Of a stretch of DNA of 32,000 bases, positions 17,308 to 25,942 are shown one piece after another; the stretch's first letter is position 1; each line of letters starts with the position of its first letter. Source of the DNA: Cupriavidus necator (lineage in GTDB: Bacteria; Pseudomonadota; Gammaproteobacteria; Burkholderiales; Burkholderiaceae); NCBI RefSeq assembly GCF_016127575.1, contig NZ_CP066019.1:570001-602000 (forward strand). Direction: 5' to 3'. The notes under the pieces were generated by a model. It searched no databases and had not been told where the DNA came from. It was given only the letters and a program-made list of their open reading frames with translations. The position numbers were made by a program, and so were the translations under genes.

Positions 17308-18870
17308 ATGGAAACTACCCAACCGATGAACGGCGCCGAGAGCCTGGTCAAGACCCTGCTCGCCAACGGCGTGGACACCTGCTTTGCCAACCCGGGCACC
17401 AGCGAGATGCACTTCGTCGCGGCGCTGGACCGCATCCCGGGCATGCGCTGCGTGCTGGGCCTGTTCGAAGGCGTGGTCACCGGCGCGGCCGATGGCTATG
17501 CGCGCATGGCCGGCAAGCCCGCCGCCACGCTGCTGCATTGCGGCCCGGGGCTGGCCAACGGCCTGGCCAACCTGCACAACGCGCGCCGCGCGCAGACGCC
17601 GGTGGTCAACATCATCGGCGACCAGGCCACCTACCACCGGCCGCTGGACGCACCGCTGACCGCGGATACCGAAGGCTGGGCCCGTCCGGTCTCGGTGTGG
17701 ACGCGCACGGCCACGCAGGCTGCGTCCGTCGGCGCCGATGCCTCGTCCGCGGTGCAGGCCGCATGCGCCGCGCCGGGCGGGGTCGCCAGCCTGATCCTGC
17801 CTTCCGATGTGTGCTGGGATGCGGGCGGCGTGGTGGCCGCGCCGCTGCCGCCGCTGGCGGTGCCCAAGGTCTCGCCCGACGCCGTGCAGCAGGCCGCGCG
17901 CGTGCTGCGCTCGGGCCAGCCCACGCTGGTGGTGCTGGGGGGCAGCGCGCTGCGCGAGGCGCCGCTGGCCGATGCGCACCGCATTGCCGCGGCCACCGGC
18001 GCCCGCCTGATCTCGCCCATGTCCAATGCGCGCGTGTCGCGCGGCAGCGGCCGCCTGGCGGTGGACCGCGTGCCATATTCGGGCGACGTCGCGCGCGACA
18101 AGCTGGCCGGCATCCGCAACGTGATCCTGGTCGGCGCACCGGCGCCGGTGACGTTCTTTGCCTACCCGGGCAAGTCGCCGCGCCCGTATCCGGAAGATGC
18201 CGTGATCCACGTGCTGGCACGCCCGGAGGAAGACCTTGCCGAAGCGCTGGCCCGCCTGGCCGACGAGGTGGGTGCACGCAATGCACCGCTGCCGGCTGCC
18301 GTAGCGCCCGCATCCGTTGAGCCCGCCCGCGGCGCGGTCACGTCCGAGGCGGTGGCACGTACGCTGACCGCCTTGCTGCCCGAACAGGCGATCGTGGTGG
18401 AAGAGAGCATCAGCTTCGGCCGCGCCTTCTATCCGGGCACGGTCCATGCGGCCCCGCACGACTGGCTGCAACTGACCGGCGGCGCCATCGGCGAAGGCCT
18501 GCCGCTGGCCGTGGGCGCGGCGGTGGCGGCGCCGGACCGGCGCGTGGTGGCACTGCAGGCCGATGGCTCGGCCATGTACACGCTGCAGTCGCTGTGGACC
18601 ATGGCGCGCGAGCAGCTCGACGTCACCGTGGTGCTGCTGGCCAATCGCAAGTACGCCATCCTGCTGGGCGAGCTCGCGGGCGTAGGCGCCAACCCGGGCA
18701 AGACCGCGCTGGACATGCTGGATATCGGCAATCCCGACCTGGACTGGGTCAAGCTGGCCAACGGCATGGGCGTGGAGGGCGCGCAGGCCAGGGACATGGA
18801 AAGTTTTGCCGACCTGTTCCGCATGGCCAATGCGCGCAGGGGGCCGTTTGTGATCGAACTGGTGATCTGA
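17308..18870 (+). CDS. Thiamine-diphosphate-dependent enzyme, acetolactate-synthase-large-subunit-like (IlvX-type, function unknown)
   Basis: The N-terminal Pyr domain NGAESLVKTLLANGVDTCFANPGTSEMHFVAALD...LFEGVVTGAADGYARM carries the conserved catalytic Glu. The C-terminal ThDP/Mg motif is ADGSAMYT-x-LLANRKY. Start is ATG 17308 or 17326. Confidence 0.9.
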   Translation: METTQPMNGAESLVKTLLANGVDTCFANPGTSEMHFVAALDRIPGMRCVLGLFEGVVTGAADGYARMAGKPAATLLHCGPGLANGLANLHNARRAQTPVVNIIGDQATYHRPLDAPLTADTEGWARPVSVWTRTATQAASVGADASSAVQAACAAPGGVASLILPSDVCWDAGGVVAAPLPPLAVPKVSPDAVQQAARVLRSGQPTLVVLGGSALREAPLADAHRIAAATGARLISPMSNARVSRGSGRLAVDRVPYSGDVARDKLAGIRNVILVGAPAPVTFFAYPGKSPRPYPEDAVIHVLARPEEDLAEALARLADEVGARNAPLPAAVAPASVEPARGAVTSEAVARTLTALLPEQAIVVEESISFGRAFYPGTVHAAPHDWLQLTGGAIGEGLPLAVGAAVAAPDRRVVALQADGSAMYTLQSLWTMAREQLDVTVVLLANRKYAILLGELAGVGANPGKTALDMLDIGNPDLDWVKLANGMGVEGAQARDMESFADLFRMANARRGPFVIELVI

Positions 18871-19001
18871 GCGCAGCGCTTTCCGGATTCAAAAATCCAG
18901 CCTTCGGCAGATGTGAATTGTTGCAATGCACAGACTGCGGCAAGCTGATTGCTGTGCCATGGCAGGTCCATGGCGGCACCATCAAAAGTGAAGGAGACTC
19001 C

Positions 19002-19394
19002 ATGCCCCAACAACAAGCGGCGGTGGGTCCGGACAAGGCTTACGCGGACCAGCTCGCCGCTGGCCAGTTCCGCATCCAGCATTGCCAGGACTGCAAGCGC
19101 CACGTGTTTTTCCCGCGCAATATCTGCCCGCACTGCGGCGGCGACACGCTCGCCTGGGTCGAGCCCAAGGGGACCGGCACGGTCTACTCCACCAGCGTGA
19201 TCCGCCGCAAGCCGGATGCCGGCGGCGACTACAACGTGGTGCTGGTCGACCTGGATGAGGGCGTGCGCATGATGAGCCGCGTGGAAGGCATTGCGCCCGC
19301 CAGCGTGCGCATCGGCATGCGTGTGCAGGCACGCGTGGCGCAGGGCAAGGAAGGCGAGGCCGCTCTCGTCGTGTTCGATCCGGTGGAGGGCTGA
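19002..19394 (+). CDS. DUF35 zinc-ribbon/OB-fold protein (partner of thiolase-fold enzymes)
   Basis: Start ATG 19002 has AAGGAGA upstream. The rubredoxin-like CQDC...CPHC ribbon is followed by an OB fold (GTVYSTSVIRR...VVLVDLDEGVRMMSRV). Its stop lies 4 nt before the next gene's start. Confidence 0.85.
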   Translation: MPQQQAAVGPDKAYADQLAAGQFRIQHCQDCKRHVFFPRNICPHCGGDTLAWVEPKGTGTVYSTSVIRRKPDAGGDYNVVLVDLDEGVRMMSRVEGIAPASVRIGMRVQARVAQGKEGEAALVVFDPVEG

Positions 19395-19398
19395 GGCC

Positions 19399-20571
19399 AT
19401 GAGTTTGTCGAATTTGCGTGGCAGCGTCGCCATCGTCGGGGTCGGCCAGGCGGGCCTGGGCGAGGCCCACGGCAAGACTGAAATGGAAATCCTGGTGGAG
19501 GCCGCCAAGGCCGCCGTCAGGGATGCGGGGCTGTCGATGCGCGACATCGACGGCATCGCCACCGCCAGCGTCGGCGCCAGCATGTGGGTGATGCCGGTGG
19601 CCGAGTACCTTGGCATCAAGCCCAAGTTTGTCGACAGCACCATGATCGGAGGCTCCAGCTTTGTCTCGCACATGCTGCCGGCGATGATGGCGCTGGAATC
19701 GGGGCAGTGCGATGCGGTGCTGGTCTGCTACGGCAGCAACCAGCGCACCTCCACGGTTGGCCGCGCCGGCATCTCCAAGGTGCGCGCGGTGCTGGACCCG
19801 CAGCCGTATGAGCACCCGTACAGCCCGCTGCAGCCGATCACGTCATATGCTCTCGCCGCGGCGCGCCATATGCACCAGTACGGCACCACGCGCGAGCACC
19901 TGGCCGAGGTCGCCGTGGCCGCGCGCAAGTGGGCGCAGCTGAATCCGGAAGCGATGATGCGAGACCCGCTCAGCATCGATGATGTGCTCAATGCGCGCAT
20001 GGTGTCGGACCCGCTGTCCGTGCGTGACTGCTGCCTGGTCACCGATGGCGCCGGCGCCTATGTGATGGTGCGCGCGGACCGCGCCAGGGACCTGGCCAAG
20101 CCGCCGGTCTATGTGCTGGGCAATGCCACTGCCACGTGGCACCGGCAGATCTCGTGCATGCCGGACCTGACCGTCACGGCTGCCAAGGAATCCGGCGAGC
20201 GCGCCTTTGCCATGGCGGGGCTCAAGCCGTCGGATGTCGATGTGGCCGAGCTCTATGATGCTTTCACCATCAACACGCTGCTGTTCCTGGAAGACCTGGG
20301 TTTCTGCGCCAAGGGTGAGGGCGGCCAGTTTGTCAGCGGTGGCGGCATTGCGCCGGGCGGGCGGCTGCCGGTGAATACCAATGGCGGTGGCTTGTCATGC
20401 GTGCATCCTGGGATGTATGGGATGTTCATCACCATTGAGGCGGTGCGGCAGTTGCGTGGGGAATGTGGGGAGCGGCAGGTACGGGATGCCGAGGTTGCCG
20501 TGGTGCATGGGAATGGGGGGACGTTGTCGAGTCAGGCTACGGCGATTCTGGGGACTGGGGCGACGGTTTAA
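19399..20571 (+). CDS. Thiolase-fold (SCP-x/Ltp-type) protein, apparently lacking the nucleophilic cysteine; possible Ltp2/Sal-like aldol-lyase
   Basis: 390 aa. The N-terminus VAIVGVGQAGLGE and the C-terminal NTNGGGLSCVHPGMYG (conserved His-Pro) fit the thiolase superfamily. The position of the canonical C-[AS]-[ST]-G nucleophile reads G-S-S-F (G85, nt 19651-19653) by eye alignment. Confidence 0.85.
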   Translation: MSLSNLRGSVAIVGVGQAGLGEAHGKTEMEILVEAAKAAVRDAGLSMRDIDGIATASVGASMWVMPVAEYLGIKPKFVDSTMIGGSSFVSHMLPAMMALESGQCDAVLVCYGSNQRTSTVGRAGISKVRAVLDPQPYEHPYSPLQPITSYALAAARHMHQYGTTREHLAEVAVAARKWAQLNPEAMMRDPLSIDDVLNARMVSDPLSVRDCCLVTDGAGAYVMVRADRARDLAKPPVYVLGNATATWHRQISCMPDLTVTAAKESGERAFAMAGLKPSDVDVAELYDAFTINTLLFLEDLGFCAKGEGGQFVSGGGIAPGGRLPVNTNGGGLSCVHPGMYGMFITIEAVRQLRGECGERQVRDAEVAVVHGNGGTLSSQATAILGTGATV

Positions 20572-20635
20572 GGCGGGAGCGGGGGGGCTATTGGCTTGGC
20601 GCCATGCGGGCCTGTCGCCCCCACCCCAACGCAGT

Positions 20636-21046
20636 TCAATCCCCCAACTCAGGCCACCCCTGCCCGCCGCCGGACCCGGGCAATTGTTGCACCATGTATT
20701 CATGCAACCGCGACAGTTCCAGCGCAATGCCATCCGGAAACCCCTGCCGCCCACCCCGCTTGTCTATCAGCAGCTCAACCAGGAAAGCACGCAGAGCCGC
20801 CGGGTTGGTAGAAAGCGCAGCCAGGTGGTTGCCGATGCGCGCATAGCGGCGGCACAGCTCAACGGGGCGCGCCTCGGCCGGCAGCGATGCCAGCCACCGC
20901 ATGGCGACGTCTGACAGCAACGTATCTTTCGGCGACGGCGGGCGCCGCACGCCGCTCCAGTCAGGCTCGGTTTGCACTGGCGGCGCGCCGTCCAGTACCT
21001 TCTTTGCTTCCTCAACGGTGACGAATTCAAAAGAGAGGGGTTCCAT
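20636..21046 (-). CDS. Hypothetical protein
   Basis: Start trimmed to ATG 21046, with GGAG 5 nt upstream. 136 aa and soluble. The segment MRWLASLPAEARPVELCRRYARIGNHLAAL...LLIDKRGGRQGFP resembles an uncharacterised family I recall from beta-proteobacteria. No function is assignable. Confidence 0.55.
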   Translation of the reverse strand: MEPLSFEFVTVEEAKKVLDGAPPVQTEPDWSGVRRPPSPKDTLLSDVAMRWLASLPAEARPVELCRRYARIGNHLAALSTNPAALRAFLVELLIDKRGGRQGFPDGIALELSRLHEYMVQQLPGSGGGQGWPELGD

Positions 21047-21240
21047 ACCGGCTCCGGGATCAGGCCAACGCGCACTGCGCATTAACGCGCATTCTAGCGA
21101 TTACGGCGCTTCGCGGGCTAGTTTGATAGCCATGTCTTCAATGAACCGAATGCCTCAGCCTTCGTGCGCTTGCTTCACCACCTGGGCTACACCGGGCGCG
21201 CCACATTTTCGCCGGGTTTTAAGAAAGATTCAGGGGTGAT

Positions 21241-21285
21241 ATAAGAAAACAGAAACGCCGCCCCCCTTGCCAGGGGGCGGCGTTT
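21241..21285 (-). terminator. Rho-independent terminator of the minus-strand SurE-like/lipoprotein unit
   Basis: 13-bp stem AAACGCCGCCCCC / GGGGGCGGCGTTT (21253-21265 and 21273-21285). On the minus strand it is followed by CTGTTTTCTTAT. Confidence 0.75.
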
Positions 21286-21341
21286 GCGGCTAACACACCG
21301 GCCGCTTCAGGCCACCTGTTCGCGCCGCAGCGGCAACCGCC

Positions 21342-22004
21342 TCACCCGCAGGTTCCGTCGGCCACGCACACGCCGCGCACCACCATCTCGCCCATGAAGT
21401 CCATGGAAGCCTGGTCGGCAATCGCGTCGCGCAGCGCATCCAGCGCGGCGTCATGGGGATCGCTGGCATTGCCTGCCTCCAGCGGCGTGTCATGCCAGCG
21501 CCGGGGTAAGGCAGCGGGGTCGATATCGACGCCGGCACCTGCCGCCAGCGCAGCCAGCACCGCGGCCTCCGCTTCGGCCATGGCGTCGGCGGACAGGTCC
21601 CTGGCGCGCCCCTGCCCGAAACTGTCGAACGCCTGATCCGGCGGCCCGCTCAGCAGCTTCCACAAGGCCAGCTCGGTCAGCGGCGAGCAGTTCACGGTGC
21701 GCGCGCCCAGCACCAGGCCATGCAGCCGCAGGCGGTTCGGCTCGCCCTGCGCGAGCCCGCCCTCGCAGCGCACCATCAGCGCGCCGCCCGGCACTGCGGC
21801 CAGGCGGAATGCGCCCTTTGCATCGGTGGTTGTGTTGTGCACTTGTCCTTGCGCATCGCGCAACTGCACGGTGGCGCCTGCCAGCGCGGCGCCGACGGCA
21901 GCCGTGCCGCTCACTTCCGGCGCATGGTCATCCCCGCATGCTGCGACCGCCGCGACCCCGCATGCGAGCACGAGGTGGCGCCAGGATCTAAGGTCCTTGC
22001 CCAT
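21342..22004 (-). CDS. Hypothetical lipoprotein
   Basis: The N-terminus MGKDLRSWRHLVLACGVAAVAACGDD offers lipoboxes at C15 or C23. A short beta-sandwich-like segment (ATVQLRDAQGQVHNTTTDAKGAFRL) follows. GGAG is upstream, and the start lies 11 nt after the SurE-like stop. Confidence 0.6.
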   Translation of the reverse strand: MGKDLRSWRHLVLACGVAAVAACGDDHAPEVSGTAAVGAALAGATVQLRDAQGQVHNTTTDAKGAFRLAAVPGGALMVRCEGGLAQGEPNRLRLHGLVLGARTVNCSPLTELALWKLLSGPPDQAFDSFGQGRARDLSADAMAEAEAAVLAALAAGAGVDIDPAALPRRWHDTPLEAGNASDPHDAALDALRDAIADQASMDFMGEMVVRGVCVADGTCG

Positions 22005-22015
22005 GGTTGCTCCGC

Positions 22016-23008
22016 CTAAGGTGCCAGGGTGGCCAGCTCGCGGCGCGAGCGGTTGAACAGGCCGCGCGCCAGCGGCGTCGGGCGGAAGTCGACGTCAAGC
22101 GCCGAGATCGTGATGAACTTGGCCAGGAAGGCCGGCGTCTCCGCGATCCGCGCCAGCGCTGCCGCTTCGGTCTCCGGCGCGCCCACGTCGATCGATACCG
22201 TGTTGTCGGCATTGCGCTTGTAGGCGGTGGTAAAGGAATCCACCGTGCCAGGCGTGGTCAGGCGCACGCCGGCAGGAGTCCCGCCGGCAGCGATCGGGTA
22301 GTTGATGCTCAGCGGGTGGGCCACCGGCAGCAATGGCTGGCCGGCTGCGCGCGTGGCTTCCAGGCTGGCAATCACGCGGGCCAGGAAGGCCCCGGCCCTG
22401 GGGAACGCGGCCACGGTGCTGCCGAAGCCGGTGCGTGCCTCGGCAAAGTCCACGCCAACGCTCAGCGCGATGCCGGGCACGCCGCGGCGCGCGGCGAACA
22501 GCACGTTCATCACCGTGCCCGAGTGCGGGATGGAGTCCGACAGGTTCTCGCCGAAATTGGCCCCGGAGACGACCAGGTCCGGCGTGAAGCTGCTTTCCGG
22601 CCCGACGATCTTCAGGCCCATGGCGGTGGCGTCCACCGGCGAGCCGCTGCCCAGGTATTCCGGGTTGGTGGCATTGAGCGCGCCGCCTGCGACGAAGGTG
22701 GCCTTGACCCGGTGCACGCAGTAGGTGTCGGCGCTGCCGGCGAGCGGATCCACTACCAGCCGGGTGCGCCCGTCGGGCACGGCATAGGCAGCGCCCGAGC
22801 CGCTCTGGTTGGTGGCCGGCCCGACCGTGATGACGCGGTGGCCGGCGTCCTGCAGGGCCTTGCGGACCGCGGTGATGCCAGGTGCGGCGCAGCCGTCGTC
22901 ATTGGTCAGCAGGATATTGAGCGCGTGCGCGGGGCTGGCCGCGGCGGCGAGTGCCGCGGCCGCGATACCGAGGCTAGCGAGCCGCAGGCGGGTGGGAAGT
23001 CGAAGCAT
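22016..23008 (-). CDS. Exported SurE-family 5'/3'-nucleotidase / acid phosphatase homolog
   Basis: Start trimmed to ATG 23008, with GGAGA upstream. Signal peptide MLRLPTRLRLASLGIAAAALAAAASPAHA|LN. SurE motifs include NILLTNDDG and VVSGANFGENLSDSIPHSGTVMNVLFAARRGVPGIALS. Confidence 0.75.
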   Translation of the reverse strand: MLRLPTRLRLASLGIAAAALAAAASPAHALNILLTNDDGCAAPGITAVRKALQDAGHRVITVGPATNQSGSGAAYAVPDGRTRLVVDPLAGSADTYCVHRVKATFVAGGALNATNPEYLGSGSPVDATAMGLKIVGPESSFTPDLVVSGANFGENLSDSIPHSGTVMNVLFAARRGVPGIALSVGVDFAEARTGFGSTVAAFPRAGAFLARVIASLEATRAAGQPLLPVAHPLSINYPIAAGGTPAGVRLTTPGTVDSFTTAYKRNADNTVSIDVGAPETEAAALARIAETPAFLAKFITISALDVDFRPTPLARGLFNRSRRELATLAP

Positions 23009-23100
23009 GGGAACCTGTCTCCATTCTCTGGTGCCTGATGAAAGCCATGCCCGGCCGCGCAGCGGCGCCGCCAGGCTTGATCGAAACCGGGGCGACAGCG

Positions 23101-24126
23101 TCACGGCACCAGCAGGCCCCGTTCGCGCGCCAGCGTGATCGCCGTATCCTCGATCATGTCCTCCTGCCCGCCCACCAGCCGCTGCCGGCCGAGCTCGACC
23201 AGGATCTCGCGCGCGGGGATGCGGTACTTGGCCTCGGCGCGCTTGGCGAACAGCAGGAAGGACGAGTACACGCCGGCATAGCCCAGCGTGAGCGCGTCGC
23301 GGTCGATGCGGATGGGGTGGTCCATGATCGGCACCACCAGGTCTTCGGCCACGTCGGCGATGCGGTAGACGTCGACGCCGGTCTCGATGCCCATGCGCTC
23401 GCACACGGCCACCAGCACTTCCATCGGCGTATTGCCGGCACCGGCGCCCAGTCCCGCCGCGGCGGCGTCGATGCGGCTGGCGCCGCAGGCGATCGCGGCG
23501 AGCGAATTGGCCACGCCCATGGCAAGGTTGTGGTGGCCGTGGAAGCCCAGCTCGGTCTCGGGGCGCAGCGCCTGCCGCACGGCGCCCAGCTTCTCGGTGA
23601 CGTCGTGCGGCAGCATGTGCCCGGCCGAGTCGGTGATATACAGGCAGTTGGCACCATAGCTTTCCATCAGCAGCGCCTGCTGCACCAGCGTCTGCACCGG
23701 TGCCATGTGCGCCATCATCAGGAAGCCCACGGTATCCATGCCCAGCTTGCGCGCCATACCGATATGCTGCTCCGAGACATCGGCCTCGGTGCAGTGGGTG
23801 GCGACGCGGATGGTATGCACGCCAATCTCATGCGCCATGCGCAGGTGGTCGACGGTGCCGATGCCGGGCAGCAGCAGCGCGGAGACGCGCGCCTGCTTCA
23901 GTTCGCCCAGCACCGCGCGCAGGTATTCCTCGTCGCTGTGCGCGGGGAAGCCGTAGTTGACCGAGGCGCCGCCCAGGCCATCGCCGTGGGTGACCTCGAT
24001 CAGCGGCACGCCGGCGGCGTCCAGCCCGCGGGCAATGTCTTTCATCTGTTCCAGCGAGATCTGGTGGCGCTTCGGGTGCATGCCGTCGCGCAGGGTCATG
24101 TCGTGCAGGGTGATGTGTTGGACCAT
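23101..24126 (-). CDS. mhpE: 4-hydroxy-2-oxovalerate aldolase (MhpE/DmpG/BphI/TesG family)
   Basis: Start trimmed to ATG 24126. [34 protein letters not shown] and the rest of the sequence are near-canonical for DmpG-type aldolases. GGAG is upstream, and the start lies 10 nt after the preceding gene. Confidence 0.95.
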   Translation of the reverse strand: MVQHITLHDMTLRDGMHPKRHQISLEQMKDIARGLDAAGVPLIEVTHGDGLGGASVNYGFPAHSDEEYLRAVLGELKQARVSALLLPGIGTVDHLRMAHEIGVHTIRVATHCTEADVSEQHIGMARKLGMDTVGFLMMAHMAPVQTLVQQALLMESYGANCLYITDSAGHMLPHDVTEKLGAVRQALRPETELGFHGHHNLAMGVANSLAAIACGASRIDAAAAGLGAGAGNTPMEVLVAVCERMGIETGVDVYRIADVAEDLVVPIMDHPIRIDRDALTLGYAGVYSSFLLFAKRAEAKYRIPAREILVELGRQRLVGGQEDMIEDTAITLARERGLLVP

Positions 24127-24136
24127 GGCTGGCTCC

Positions 24137-25045
24137 TCAGGCGTTGGCGGATTCTTGCGCGCTGCCGGCGCGCATGGCGGCGGCAATGCACTCGGCGGTG
24201 CGGGCGGCCGAGGCGGTCATGATGTCCAGGTTGCCGGCATACTTGGGCAGGTAGTCGCCCAGGCCCTCGACCTCCAGGAAGATCGACACGCGCTTGCCGT
24301 CGAACACCGGGCCGTTCTTCAGCGTGTAGCCGGGCACGTACTTGCGCACTTCGGCAATCATGTCGTGCACCGAGGCGGTAATCGCGGCAACGTCGGGCGC
24401 ATCGTCGGTCAGGCAGTGGATGGTGTCGCGCATGATCAGCGGCGGCTCGGCCGGGTTGATCACGATGATGGCCTTGCCCTGGCGCGCGCCGCCCACGGCT
24501 TCGATCGCGCCCGCCGTGGTGCGCGTGAACTCGTCGATATTGCGGCGCGTGCCGGGCCCGACCGAGCGCGACGACACCGTTGCCACGATCTCGCCATAGG
24601 CCACCGGCTGCACGCGCGAGACCGCATACACCATGGGGATGGTGGCCTGGCCGCCGCACGTGACCATGTTGACGTTCATCTCGTTGCTGCCGATATGCGC
24701 GTCCAGGTTGACCGGCGGCACGCAGAACGGCCCGATCGCCGCCGGCGTCAGGTCGATCACGCGCACGCCGCGCGCGGTCAGCCTGGCCGAGTGCTCGGCG
24801 TGGACGTAGGCCGAGGTGGCATCGAAGGCGATGCGGATATCGTCGGCCTCCAGGTGCGGCAGCAAGCCGTCGATGCCGTCGCTGGTGGTCTTCAGTCCCA
24901 GCTCGCGCGCGCGCGCCAGGCCTTCGGAGGACGGCTCCACGCCGACCATCCAGACCGGTTCCAGGATGTCGCTGCGGCGCAGCTTGTAAAGCAGGTCGGT
25001 GCCGATATTGCCGGGCCCGATCAGGGCACATCGGATCTTGTTCAT
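24137..25045 (-). CDS. mhpF: Acetaldehyde dehydrogenase (acetylating) (MhpF/DmpF/BphJ/TesF family)
   Basis: 302 aa. [22 protein letters not shown] is a Rossmann motif, [14 protein letters not shown] carries the catalytic Cys, and the length is canonical. Confidence 0.95.
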   Translation of the reverse strand: MNKIRCALIGPGNIGTDLLYKLRRSDILEPVWMVGVEPSSEGLARARELGLKTTSDGIDGLLPHLEADDIRIAFDATSAYVHAEHSARLTARGVRVIDLTPAAIGPFCVPPVNLDAHIGSNEMNVNMVTCGGQATIPMVYAVSRVQPVAYGEIVATVSSRSVGPGTRRNIDEFTRTTAGAIEAVGGARQGKAIIVINPAEPPLIMRDTIHCLTDDAPDVAAITASVHDMIAEVRKYVPGYTLKNGPVFDGKRVSIFLEVEGLGDYLPKYAGNLDIMTASAARTAECIAAAMRAGSAQESANA

Positions 25046-25090
25046 GGGGTCTCGCTTGGCAAAGTCAGGAAGTCAGGAAAGTCGTGTAAG

Positions 25091-25873
25091 TCAGCGGAAC
25101 ACGGCGCTGCAGCCGCCGATGCCGGTGATATGCATGGACAGCCGGTCGCCCGCCTGCACCGGAATCAGCGCCGCCAGCGAACCCGACAGGATGGTCTCGC
25201 CGGCCAGCAGCGGAATGCCGAAGCTGCCCAGGGTGTTGGCCAGCCACGCCACCGCGTCGGCGGGATGCCCCAGCGCGGCGCTGCCAAGCCCGGTGGCGAC
25301 GCACTTGCCGTTCTTCTCGAGCGTCATCGCGCATGCGCCCAGGTCCAGCGCGTGCGGGCTGACGCTTTCCTCGCCGAGCACATAGACGCCGCAAGAGGCG
25401 TTGTCGGCGACGGTATCCTCGATGCGGATGCGCCAGTCCCGGATGCGCGAGTCAACGATCTCGAAGCAGGCCGCCACCGTTTCGGTGGCGTCGAGCACAT
25501 CGGCGCGCGTCACGCCCGGGCCGCGCAGGTCGCGCCGCAGGAAGAAGGCAATCTCGCCCTCGGCGCGCGGCTGGATCAGGGTTTCGGTGGGGATGGGCTG
25601 CCCGGCGGCGTACTGCATGCTCTGCAGCAGGATGCCGAAGTCCGGCTGGTGCACATCCAGCATCTGCTGCACGGCCGCGCTGGTCACGCCGATCTTCTTG
25701 CCGGTGACGCGGTCGCCGGCCGCCAGCCGGTGGGCGATAAAGCCTTGCTGGATGCGATAGGCAGCGTGGACGTCGAGCCCCAGTCCGCGGCCGCTGAGCG
25801 GCGGCACCGGCGAGCGCGTGACCAGCGCATGGTGGAGTTCATTGCTGAGCGTGGTGATCAGGTCGGCGTTCAT
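25091..25873 (-). CDS. mhpD: 2-keto-4-pentenoate (2-oxopent-4-enoate) hydratase (MhpD/DmpE/TesE family)
   Basis: 260 aa. [29 protein letters not shown] closely matches the E. coli MhpD segment [29 protein letters not shown] as I remember it. The fold is FAH-type. Confidence 0.9.
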   Translation of the reverse strand: [260 protein letters not shown]

Positions 25874-25942
25874 GGCAGGGGAGGGTCGGGCCGCACTGCC
25901 GCGGCGGCAGCGCGCCGCGGCAGTTCGGGTCAGGACAAAAGG

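Noticed and set aside
18908-19001. Possible upstream extension of the DUF35 gene containing a CTDC motif that looks like an extra zinc-ribbon knuckle
   Set aside because: There is no ATG or GTG in frame after the ThDP gene stop, only TTG codons without an RBS. ATG 19002 has a near-perfect AAGGAGA. The canonical CxxC...CxxC ribbon is already complete within the shorter protein.
21132-21239. 35-aa ORF (MSSMNRMPQPSCACFTTW...) in the AT-richer intergenic region
   Set aside because: It has no RBS and low GC3, unlike all supported genes here. It is simply the tail of the artefactual ORF 20901..21239.
22016-23404. Long N-terminal extensions in the ORF track (for example SurE-like to 23404, DUF1302 to 27601, SDR to 28540, hydrolase from 27779, LysR from 3907, RND from 9546, ThDP enzyme from 17200)
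   Set aside because: In each case an internal ATG has a Shine-Dalgarno sequence at correct spacing. That ATG also coincides with the expected family N-terminus, such as a signal peptide, HTH or Rossmann motif. The extensions are Arg/Pro-rich and overlap neighbouring genes or promoters.
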